Assembly (NCBI RefSeq): GCF_006345805.1
Contig: NC_043009.1
Span: 68,572,001 to 68,636,000, forward strand
Origin: Octopus sinensis
Taxonomy: Eukaryota
Length of the DNA: 64,000 nt
Direction of reading: 5' to 3'
Positions 13,494-26,501 of the stretch are shown here, piece by piece; within the stretch, counting starts at the first letter, position 1; each line of letters opens with the position of its first letter. A program made the position numbers and the translations under genes. The notes beneath the pieces were generated by a model, which was given only the letters and a program-made list of their open reading frames with translations, was not told the DNA's origin and searched no databases.

Positions 13494-16400
13494 GGTATAT
13501 GTACACTTCTTAGCTGTAACTAAAACAAATATACAAACACTCTTCCTTTGTCCTCTCGAATGTACACTAATCATCAATCAATAGACATTTAAAAGTTTGT
13601 ATTCTTGCTTCAACAATACAACAGGGCATTAATGTTCAAAGTTTGCTGCAGATCACAGACTCCAACTTACTCTTGATTTGAAGCTCAATGTGTGGGCTGG
13701 GAGATCGATTGTGAATCGTGCTTTCTTGCCGGTCATACCAGTCACTGTAATAGGGCTTGTCTGAAACAAAGAAGAGAGATTAAATGGGTATCAATGGGTG
13801 TTTAGTCTGTATAAACAAAGAAGCGAGTACACAATACTAAGGCTGTTAAGTGTATTTAGATTCCAAGTTGGGAAATTCAACACACCACATAATTTCTAGC
13901 CAGAAACTTAGAATAATAAAGTCTGTGACATTCTTTTGTTCTTCCACTGCTTTCAATGATTGGATTGTGGCTATGATGAAGCATCAACTTCATGGGTTTA
14001 ATCAGTCAGAGGAACTCCAGTGCATAGTTTCCAATTTCATACAGATTATATCAATTTCTATTTCAGATCCAAAATATTGAACATCAACCTCAAGCTATTG
14101 TAAAAGACGCAGATGCAAGACGCAACACAGTGAGATTCAATGCAGAACCACATTATTGAAAAGCAAACCTCTTAACTACATAGCCCGGCTGTGTGTGTGT
14201 GTGTGTGTGTACATGGCTGTGAATAAAATAAAAAAGAGATGGTCATTATTATAAACCAATTAAATTAAAATAGTTGACGTCATAAGAATTTATGAACTTT
14301 GAGAGAACGTGAAATAATTCAGTTTTGGAATGGTAAATCTCTCAACAGATAATGCTATAAATAACAGTAATAAATACTGGGTTATTAGTTATAGCTTTAT
14401 TTACTTTAAGATTCACCAGTCCAAAAACAGAATTGAACTAGTTGAACTTATTTTATTGATCCTGGTGATGCAAAAGGTCAAGTCAATGCCATCATCATTT
14501 GAACTCTCAACAGTGAAACACTAATCTAAATACAATTACAATGAGGCTTGACCATCAGACAGTTATTCTTCATCTCCGATACGTATTTTGTATATTCTTT
14601 TGACTAGTTTATTTCTTTAACATCTCTAAGGTTGAGAGCCAAACTCAGACATCTCTGAATTTGAACAAAGCCGACAAAGTGCAATAATTCAAACATGACC
14701 TTAAAATATAAAGGAAAGAAGTTTATTAACAAAACTGACCTTATGATGAGCACGAAGGGATGGTAACAAAGAAGCACCAATGGTTAAACCCTGTAGAATA
14801 GCCTTGAAGTGAATGTGAAGGGTGACAGTCTTCATCGGGTTCTCAGTCTTAGCCTTGTTATCGGATGTCATTTTCGCAGCGTTAGCAATTTCTGCTGCAA
14901 CAACTTCAGGGTTGATTGATTCTGAAATATCCGGTTGTCTGCAAGAACATAAAAAAAATCTTTTTGAAACAATTTCATATAGGAGTACAAGTATGGTTGT
15001 ATGGTTACAAAGTACATTTTGCATCCACATGATTCTGGGGCCAATTTCATTGCACAGTGCCTTTAACCAGAAATTCAAGTTAATCAGTACTTTGTGAGTA
15101 AAGTTTCATTGATGGAAACTGTGCAGAAGCTCAATGTGTGTGTGTCTTCATACACATATGTGCACACATGCACAATGGATTTCTGTAAAGTCCTTGTGAA
15201 TGAAATTCTGCTCGCAAGCCATTAATACATCCACAAGCATTGATGTGAGTGACTAACAATGGCACCAAAGCACTGACACCTTCTTGCTAAAATTCCTGAC
15301 CTTGTCCCAAAATTTGAAACCATTATCTCTATATATATAAACGGCAAAATGTCTGTCTGTGTGTGTGTGTGTGTGTCCTTTATACAAATCCACAATTTTT
15401 CAGTTAGAGGGCTCGCACTTTTTATGGTCATTCAAAACCGTCCAAGGGTGGTCGTGTACTTCTTTACATTTCCCCAGTCACCCCGCAAAGCCATTAAAAA
15501 AATCAATAGAAGTGACTTTTTTGTGAATTTTCTATCCAAAACCCAATCAAAATGCCTGAAACTTGTTACGCCAATTGAATGCCAGCTAGCTGTATGCGAT
15601 TGGTCTGAAATTTGGACAGTACTTGTGTGTATGTGCGCACACACGCAGCTGTATATGCAGACACTAGCACTATGACCTGGCATTGCCAGGTCATAGTGTT
15701 AGTTATTATTATTATTGTTGTTGTTGTTATTTTGCAAGTAAGCTGAACCCCCTACTTGTTTTCTTTCCCCCATTTGTTATCATTTCATTTCATTCACAAG
15801 AATTCAGAAGGCATTCTCATTTCCTCAGCTTGGAATGAGTAAAATGTCAAACAGCAACAGACTTCACGCAAACAAGATCTTTCCACCCACCCCCACCAAA
15901 CCCTCTCTCACACACTCAGCCACATCAAAACATTCGTACCAGAACGACTGGACATTACAAAGGATATAAAGACTAAGAAACACAAAACAAAAAAAACATT
16001 TATAAACAGAAGACACCCACCTTGATTTTTGAGCTGTTCTCCGGAATTCTTGGAACGTTGTAGACAATTGCTTAGAGCTTCGTGCCATCATACCGTGAAG
16101 TACGACAGGATGCTGCGGGATGTCGACATCGATGGCTCCAATTGAGATCAATGCAGAATTGTGTTTCTTGCTGCGCCTCACAACACTCGTGTACAGACCC
16201 TGGGATTTGTTTACGTCCACTGTGACGACGATTCTGTGTGGATTATACAACAACGATACAAAATATTAGTCTGAGATGAAACCTAAAAATCATCATCGTC
16301 GTTTAACATCCCTTTTTCAATGCTGGCATGAGTTGGATGGATCAAAACAAGCCAGCAAACTAGAGGACTGCACCAAGCCCCAAAGTCTGCTTTGGTATGA

Positions 16401-19400
16401 TTTCTACTGCTGGATACCCTTCCTAACAATACGGGAAAATCATTATTTTTTTCAATCCATTAACCGCATCTTTAGAAATGAAATATTTTCTTAGCATTTA
16501 CTTCCATGCTATGTTTTGAGCAGCTGGATGTTCAGTCATCAACAGGAGTCACAATGTCAAATAACAGAGAGTCTGGAGAATTCTTAATACTATCTTCCTT
16601 TCTCATATGGGGCTAGTCTCAACTGCCGTTTAGTAATTGAGACACTACATCCTCTAGAGAAAGAAAGAATTTTAATAAATCAAGAATTTATGTTCTAGAG
16701 TACTTGATATACCCGTATTTGTCTGTGTTGTTCATAGACATGTCAGAAACATTCTTGAGATTAACTCACCTTAATTGTCATTAATTGTCATTTAGCAATT
16801 GTGGTACATCATCTAGCAGCAGAGATAACTTTAATAAATGAAGAGGGCATGTATTATGCACCCTTCATTTACCTGTATTTGTCTATACCAGGGGTCACCA
16901 AAGGGGGTCGGTGAGCAATTACAGGGGCTTGATGATAGCCAAGGGGTTGAATGGTGGTTGGCGTGCAAAAGACCAGGTCACCCAGATGAACTGCTTGAAA
17001 TACTTAGTCGGCACCATGAAACGTGAGGAAACATGATAAATTTTCACTGCAGCGAGAAGCCTACTGTTGCTAACATTCGAGGCCTGATGTCGTAATCTGT
17101 ATCGTAATCGAAGATTGAGAGGGGTGATTGAGGAGATGTGGACTGCCAAGTGTTTGCTTATAGAAATTGCCAGAACCTGGAGGAACGAGGTGATTTGAGA
17201 GTGAAACTGACCAACATTCTGCTGGATATCAATTCCTCGATTCAGGATCACCATTCTCATCCCTCACATTGATGTTGTCAATTTCAATAAAAGATATTCC
17301 AGCAATATGATGCGTTTCTTCACATTTTCTAACCGTGGAAACAGTTTCATAAAAACTGAAAGTTTAATGCTGTATATTCGTACACGTAGTTTTAAATGTA
17401 GAAAGTGTCATCTTCAATAGAATTTCATAATTTGTCGTACGTACTTATTTTAGCTAACATTTTAATTGCCAGCATCAGTACCCGGTATGCATTTAGGATG
17501 TGGTATGGTAGGGTAAGATATTAACATATTTTAAATGAAGAGGGTGGTCGATGCAGAAGAAGAAGTGGCTAAAGGGGGGGGGTCGATGTAGAAGGAGAAG
17601 TGGCTTATGTGGGCCGATGGTTGAAAAAGTTTGGTGACCCCTGGTCTATACCATTCCTATACATGCCATTGGCCACTGAGTTATTTCTCTTAGCACATTT
17701 TCTTTTTAGTATTAAACTAGTTAGGCGAAGAAATTAAGAGTTATGCCCCTTAAATTCGATTCCTTGTTTTAGTTGATAAGCATCCCAAGTTGGTCCTGAT
17801 TGAGCAGACTTAGTGATCAAAGTAGTTCTAGTAATGACTACCTCACCCTTTTTTGTATATCAAAGGAGACACTCACAAGAATATGTGTGTGGGTGTGCGT
17901 TTAATGCATAATTATTTAAAGCAACAACAAAACACTATGCAAAGCAACTCAGCTATATTTCTCTCCATGAAGAAATCAAATAGTATTTTTTCCCTGATGA
18001 AAATCAAAGATGACCTGAAACCAGCTAAATATTTTTTGTGCTTTTTTTCAGTGAATGATGCAGAAGAAAGACATTTATCAATATTTGTTATACACAGCAA
18101 TGGCTCCAGTGGGTAGCAAAGTTTTACCAAGCATCACACTGTCAATACACTCATATGTACAAGCATATCTACTACTCAGCATCTGATGAGACGGACATAT
18201 GCCACATGCCCACAAAACGAAGTCATATGGAGCTGAGATAAACTGTTATTAAGAATTATGGAACTCCTACGAAAAGTATTGAGTGCTACTGTCTCTCGTT
18301 TATTCATTCACTCATGTATGAATGCACACACACACACACACCACACACACACACACACATATCTGTTGTGCAATGTATGGATTCATAGAATCATAAGGCT
18401 ATCACAGAAAGCTGCTCTAACCAACTCAAAAAAAACCCAGACCACATAGTATTATAGAAATGATACAGAGTTCCATGCAGTTGAAGTCCAGACGATCCGA
18501 TCGATGAAATTATTTCACGAGGAGCATATAAACCATAAAACATGAGGCAATACGAGAGATGAATATATTTAATCACTCGACATCAGTTAAGATTACAGCT
18601 GTTTCATAGCCTCCTTTATGGAGTAATAATTTCAGTGCATAATAAATTATGTTTCCATGGCTGCATTAATATACATGCTCCAGCCATAATCCAGGTGGTT
18701 AAATACATATATTAACCTATCATATCTCATGATTTTTTATGGTTTATTTGTGTGTGTATGGGCTAAGCAATACATAAATAAAATACATAAATAAAAGGTT
18801 AACTCACGTCATGTTGGGAAGAATCCCTTCTAAAAGTCCAATTCTTGTATGTCCAATGTGTGCAGTAATTGAAGATTCAGATGAACTTTTACCCACAAAA
18901 CCTACAACAGAAAAAAAACATTAGGGATAGAATTTAGGGAACGTTGCATAAGTCAGTTGGAGTGAGTAAGTGTGTGTAAGAGTATCTGCATGTTCATATG
19001 ACAACAGACTCCAATTACAAAATATTATTTACCATTTCCTACAAATCTCATCCATGTTAAGGCAACTGCCATCATCACTGAATGTAAGATGTGGGGTGCA
19101 TGTGTGCACATGCGTGTGTGTATAAATGTCTAGAGATATGGTAAATAGGCACATTTTCTTTACAGTCAAGATTCGTTCTTTCCATTTGTTTATTCCACAT
19201 ATCGTGGCTGTTGCCAGCCTCCCCTGGCACCTGTGCCGGTGGCATGTAAAAAGCACCATCCATACGTGGTCGATGCCAGTGCCACCTTGACTGGCTTCCA
19301 TGCTGGTGGCACGTAAAAAGCACCAACCGATTGTGGTCGTTGCCAGCCTCCGTTGGCACGTATAAAGCACCCACTATACTCACGGAGTGGTTGGCGTTAG

Positions 19401-20192
19401 GAAGGGCATCCAGCAGTATAAACACTGCCAGATCAGACTGGAGCCTGGTGCAGCCTCCTGGCTTCCCAGACCCCAGTCAAACTGTCCAACCTGTACTAGC
19501 ACGGAAAACGGACGTTAAACAATGATGATGATGATGATGACATAGAAATTTGTCACAGCACCAAATGATTCCTGATGAATGGTAGTACAGCACACTGCAT
19601 GAAGAATTGCATGTAGACAATAATAGGTCTCTTTCCAATAGAAAGCTCTGACTGAAATGTTAGACTTCTCTTCTTCATGGCTAAATAACTTTATTTTACT
19701 CTAAAATAAAAATAGAACAGCCTCATCTACTTTGGCTGTTTATTTGTTTATTCCTGGTTTTATTTGTTTCTACTTCTCCAAATCCAGCAAGGTACTGCAA
19801 CTCAGCTCAAGGTGTCCATTGTATAACTACCAACAATATGAACAAATTCACTGTTAATTTGAGAAACAAAAGGCCAGGAACCCAGTAACAGACTCACCTA
19901 AGAAGAAGGTATGTGGTTCAGGCCCACATCAATGGTTTTCCTTTTTTTTTTTTAACTCTAATTAGAAATAGGATGGGTCTTTTTATACTGAACATCTTAC
20001 CTACTGATTTTTTTCAAATTGATATATATATTATATATATATATATATATACATACACATACCTTCTTGTTCTTTGTCCACCTTCCATGCTGGTTGGATG
20101 ATTTGACAGGAGCCTGCACCCGACTTTTGTGTCTGTTTTAGCAGGGTTTTTATGGCTGGATGCCCTCCTAACACCAACCATCCTGAAGAATG

Positions 20193-20236
<44 letters not shown>

Positions 20237-23200
20237 TTTATTTAAAGCAGCAGAAAATTCAACAAAACCTGTTACTCTGAGTTTCATGTTCCCGTTTGTC
20301 GGACAGTTTTTTCTAGCAAAAACTGTCCAACGAACGGGAACGTGAAACTCAGAGTAAAAGGTTTTGTTGAATTTTCTGCTGCTTTAAATAAAGCATATTA
20401 CTCTACCACTGGTATTTGAGTACTCTTTTTTCCACCCTGTTTCACATTTATGTGTTTACTCCGGTATATACATACATATACATATATATGGGTTTTATGT
20501 GTGTATTGTATAAATATATGCATATACTTACCTATATACATATATATACATAGGCGCTGGAGTGGCTGTGTGGTAAGTAGCTTGCATACCAACCACATGG
20601 TTCCAGGTTCAGTCCCATTGCATGGCACCTTGGGTAAGTGTCTTCTACTATAGCCTCGGGCCGACCAAAGCCTTGTGAGTGGATTTGGTAGACGGAAACT
20701 GAAAGAAGCCTGTCGTGTGTGTGTGAGTGTGTGTGTTTGTCCCCACTACCATCACTTGACAACCGATGTTGGTGTGTTTACGTGCCCCGTAACTTAGTGG
20801 TTCGGCAAAAGAGACCGAGAGAATAAGTACTGGGCTCACAAAGAATAAGCCTTGAGGTTGATTTGTTTGACTAAAAAGCAGTGCTCCAGCATGGCCACAG
20901 TCAGATGACTGGAACAAATAAAAGAATAAAAGAAAAGAATATATACATATATATACATGCACTCACACATATGTATACACACACATACATTATAAACTTT
21001 ACAAACCACCAATATGCAAATGTCTTGACTGACCTTTCACTTTTTCTCTGTATGCTCCACTGGCATGAACACACTTCAGCTCAGCATCCAACTTTAAACC
21101 ACTCAATGCTGCTAGAATACGGAACTTTTCCACTTTTGCAATTCCAAACACCACCAGTGGTATGGTCTCACCAATATAAAAACCTACAATTAAACACCAT
21201 CAGCATCAGTTTTGATTGTTATTAATTGCTTTTATTAGTTTTTACATCTTTTTCTTTTTTCCATAAATTAGGTAAACCTATTCAATTCCAACCACCATTC
21301 TAATTACAGGTGAGATACAATGGAATAAAGAGAAACTTTGTTTAACCCTTTTGTTACTGTATTTATTTTGAGATGTTCTGTGTTTCTTTCAGTTAATTTT
21401 AAATATAACAAAGAATTTAGTAAAATAACTTAGTTATCATTAAGCTAATGTTAGGAACATAAATTGTGACTAAGGTTTGATGGAAGATTTTAATTCAAAA
21501 CTTATGAAAACAAGACATTTGTACTTCTGAGCCAGGGGTGGTTTCAGCCGGGTTGGTAACGAAAGGGTTAAATCAACTCCAACACTGACACCCAGATTTA
21601 AAGACAGCTCTGTGAATAATGACTATTCTAATTATTAAATCCAGTTGTCAAAAAATGTCTTCTTTTTAAATTCACATGCACTAACAACTTTGTAAAAACA
21701 CACACACACACACATCATAACTGTCATTGTAACTAAGCAGAACTAAGTTCACCATTATGTAAATCACTGTTTAAACAGCTACCACTTATAAGTAATTAGT
21801 CTGCACCACTTGACACAGAATACAATATCAGAAAATGCTGCAGTCAACAAATAAAAATACAGCCCCGACTTTAAGGCACAAAAGAAAGAAATTTTTAATG
21901 TAGCCATTTACATGTATTTGTCTGTGAGATGAAATTCAAAGTAAAACACATCTGTACCAAAGTTAGGTGTCACAAAATCATATTTAAAAAGTTTTAGTCA
22001 CAAACAGAATATGCCTATCACCATATCGACCATACTATTGGATGTTATACACTGCTGGTCACAATACACTTCCTTGCATTGTGGTGGCTTTCAAATGATG
22101 CCACCCAATAGTTAGGTGGGCAGGTAATTTATAATACTTTTATATAAAGCATAATTAAGGTATAAAATACCACCTTAATTATTTTCTATTTTTGTTCTTT
22201 AAATGTCTTGTATAAAATACTTAATATCTATTATTGCCATATATGGTTTTTTTATTGAGATTTTACTCCCCCACCCCACCGTAAAATACCAACTTCGAAG
22301 CTCCATCCATGCAAATATATGTAAAGTTATAACACAGTTGCCTTTCTTACTAACAGAGAGAAAAATACCTAAATAAATACATAAATGAATTAATCAATAA
22401 ATCATAGAGAAGCATAACCATTCAAATGGTTTTAGTACTCCAAAAATAGACAATTTGTGTCACTCACTTTGCTTGAAAGTACTTCTACCAATCACGGATC
22501 GATTGTGTAGGTTTGTACTTGTACTTTCTTCATTTTCTGGTTTGTTCTTAGCAGTATTACTGACTCCTTCTTCAGCATTCGACAAGCTCTTGGAATCGTT
22601 CTTGCTTGTCTCCTTTTCATTTTCCTCTTCTGCAATGGCAGGAAGCATGGATGGCTTCCGGCCGAGGGTCTTCGTTGTAGGCATTGTGGAGTAAAGTTCA
22701 AGCAGATGATACAACGTACGCCAGCAACGAGGAGTTGATTCTTTTATTTCATCAACTATTGTTTTCTCGGCAAACACTGGCGAAGAAGTATCACCCATGT
22801 CGATGGTCACCGAATCACTGAGGTTCAACGAGTGAGGGGGCGTTAATATACTCGACTGTTGAGATCGAGAACCTGATTTCTTACTTTTTCCAGAGAACCG
22901 TAAATGAGTTCTCCGCAGAGACATTAAGGGAAGTTTATCAGGACGCTTGCTTTCCAAAGGTTGAGTGACACGAACCTTCGGTGATTGCTTATTTTTACGC
23001 TTTGTGATAATTTTAGTACCGTCATGGCTGGATACATCAGAGCTGACGCTAGCATCTGGCGTAGGAGTATCTTGTTCTGTTGGTAGAGTCTTTGAAGTGT
23101 GGGATTGTTGAGTATCAGCACTGGATGTAGAATCTTTAGAATCTTGTTTACGATGTGTCTTTTGCCAATCTGAGTCGGCCGGTCGATTCTGCTTCAGTTC

Positions 23201-25216
23201 CACTCGTGTCTCATTGATGTTGTCAATCATTGTGACAAACTGATGAATCAATCGCAAGAGGGGCATGTCTACATGTTGAGTAACGGAATGGCAATTAATC
23301 ATGAAATTCACTTTCAGAGTGGTTGGTTTAGCTTCTAGTTTGTGCATGGCAAACTTCCAAGAGACATACTTCCTTTCGTCTTTGCCCTTGTTCTTCTCAA
23401 AATCAACAACATCTCTCATTCCGATATTAACGACAAAATCTTCACAGAGGAAAGCTGGGTTGTCTGCACTGGTGTTGATCACTTTTATAAAACGTGCTGT
23501 CTTTGACTTGCCTTTACCTTTGGATGTCAGGTCCGAAGACTCGGCAATCTGAATCTTCATTGTGTTCAGTCTACCTTGCAGAGAAAGATGGCCACCAAAC
23601 TTTTTCATGAGGGCAGATGTTCGTACACCTTCAACGTGAAGGCCAATGGATTCCAAAAATGGTTTAAAGAGCATCTGAGCATCTGCTAATTGTAAAATTG
23701 ATGTGGCAAGTGTTAAGTGCTCAGCACTCATACCAACTTTACTTTCATCACTACCAAAATTACTAGCAAAGGCAGTCATAATAGAATCTTGTCGTCGAGA
23801 AGATGGACAAAGGTTTGTAAAATGATTGCCTATACGATTTTGTTGCTGGGCCATCCATTCATACAAATTGTCTCCATTTCTAGGACTCTTTCTGCCCAGT
23901 GGCATACTCCGAGGAAAGTTGACACGAAGGGGAGTTTGTGGAGGAGTATTGTTTAAGCCATGTTCCAGGCTAGACATGCTACCAGCAGCAGAAACAAAAC
24001 TGTACGTACTCTCGTTCCGAGTCATTGGGGAGTTTGTAGCAAATGCAGGTTTCAAATGAAAATATGGCTCTGGGGATTCTGTCACGACCTGCTTTCGTTT
24101 TGTCGGTCTGTTCATGTTCTCATTATCGTCATCATCATCAGGGCAACTTGTGATGATGACTGGACCTTGTGGAGGATGATTCACAGCCAAAGATGGGGGA
24201 ACTGGAATGCTATGACCAGACAAGCTGGGCATGGATAAAGACTGATGGATTGATCCACCCTCTGCCAGCAGTAAAGATGTTCGTTCATCTACAATATCAA
24301 AATGCTCAATCGGCATTTCTGTGTCATCCATGTTGAAATTATTGGAAGCATCCATGACAGGCAATGTAAATGCCACAGTGTAAGGTTTCGCTGCCTTTTT
24401 CGATTTCAGATGCATGTCAGCAAGATGTGGCATGTACAGCACGGTCTTCCACTGTCGGGTGAGAGCTAAGATTCCTTTCTGAATAGTTATTAATTGAGGA
24501 ATGGTATCAGATTTTACAGCTGTTTCAATAGGGCTTATGCCACAACTCTTCACGTATTTCCGCAGGACAGTGAATAATTGACAAGAAGGATCTTCTTGAA
24601 GAATTTTTGACAAGCCATTTAACTTGTTAAATTTTCTCTGAAAAAGGAAAAAAAAAAATTATAATAATAATTTTAATAATAATAAAAGAATTCTGAATTA
24701 GGATTAATCATCATCAAACACAAAATTATGAAAAAACACAAATTTAGCAACTGCACAAAGTGAATATATGAGCAGGTACTTCCTGAAGTATAACACATGA
24801 AAAACACTAACAATCACCTAATTTGAGAAGTTCGTAAAAACTCAGGCAACCATTATTTGAGAAGAATTTAAGACAAATCCTACACAACAAATACCTGAAA
24901 TATCACCTCATTTTATTCCCATTTATTGGATTTGATTCTTCTTTTATTCAAAGAGCTTAAATACCCAAAATAGTCTTCTCACTCAAGCACTTTTTTTAAT
25001 ACTAGTTCTAACCACTGGACTACAATAATTCTAAGGGACAACCTTCAGAGATTTGATTTTATCAACTGCAATTTGTCTGTTGATTATTTTATCAATTACT
25101 TAAGAAGACAAAGAAACCCAGGGGAAAAATGGAAAAACAGAAGTAATCAGTATGGAACCAAATACAAGGTTGTTTGACAAACCAATTCTTTAATCCCAAA
25201 CTGATGGAAAGATGGA

Positions 25217-25252
<36 letters not shown>

Positions 25253-26468
25253 GGTGACATGTTAAAAGCACATCCAAATGTGGCAGTTGCCAGCACCGCC
25301 TGACAGGCGTCCATGTCGATGACACATAAAAGCACCAACCAATCGTGGCCGTTTGCCAGCCTCATCTGGCCCCTGTTCCGGTGGCATGTAAGAAGCACCC
25401 ACTACACTCACGGAGTGGTTGGCATTAGGAAGGGCATCCAGCTGAAGAAACACTGCCAGATCACACTGGAGCCTGGTGCAGCCTCCTGGCTTCCCAGACC
25501 CCGGTCAAACCGTCCAACCCATGCTAGCATGGAAAACGGACATTAAACGATGATGATGATATATATATACCAACACGCACAAACACACACACATATACAT
25601 CTAACGGGCTTCCATTCAGTTTCTGTCAAATTTTATTCACAAGACTTTAGGCAAGATAAAGCTTTGTTAGAAGAGATTTTTCCCAAGAACCTACACAACA
25701 ATCTTGAACCTAAAACCACATGCTTACCAAGTGCAAACTGTTTAACCTCACCACCAATCTTATATTCCTGGGTGACATTTCTTGCTTCCTTATGAAGGTC
25801 ATTACGAATATCGGTCATTCAAAATGGAATAGCAACTGGAACATAGACTCAGCTTTTCTGAAAGCTAGAACTCAATTCTTGGTCTATGGTACTCTCTAAA
25901 TAGTACATCCAATTATTTGGTTATATATATATATCAGGTATGGAATTTCAATATGGCTAAAAGGAATATCAGAAAACCGAGGATTATAGATATTTCTGAT
26001 TCCCATCTAAATAGATGCTAAGAAATATTAATGAAGCGAATTAAGCCGAATTCTCTGACTGCAGGGGCTTATTTGTTCTTAGGATGGTATTAAGACATAT
26101 AAGCCATTAATCTAGACAATTAAACAATCTTTGGCTGAATAAAAGCTTTCGTCTCATTCACAATTATAAAATAAATGGTAAAAATTAAAAAATAGAAACC
26201 AAAAGTGGGGAAGAAATTATTTCAAGAAGTCTAAAAATATAAGCATAACAACCTTAAGTCCCTGGAAGAAAATGGTATTCAACTTGATGGGAGTCTTCAT
26301 TCAACTTACATAAACAATTTGAAATTCAATGCAAATTTATACAAATCAATAAGAGGAATTTGATAAATTTCCATTTTGCCAATTCCACTGAAAGACTAAT
26401 GTATTCCTGGGATTTAATAACAGAAAATGTCCATAATCTTTAGAATATGTATTAGTATCATCATTATT

Positions 26469-26501
<33 letters not shown>

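Noticed and set aside
19787-19909. Plus-strand exon-like segment (ccaaatccag ... aag|gtatgt) and a minus-strand gtgagt donor near 19893
   Set aside because: The plus segment has stops in all three frames, and the minus candidate hits TGA in the required phase. A non-coding antisense exon cannot be excluded but has no support.
25930-26340. Coding-like, stop-riddled plus-strand stretch (possible ancient transposase)
   Set aside because: No diagnostic motif could be identified by eye.
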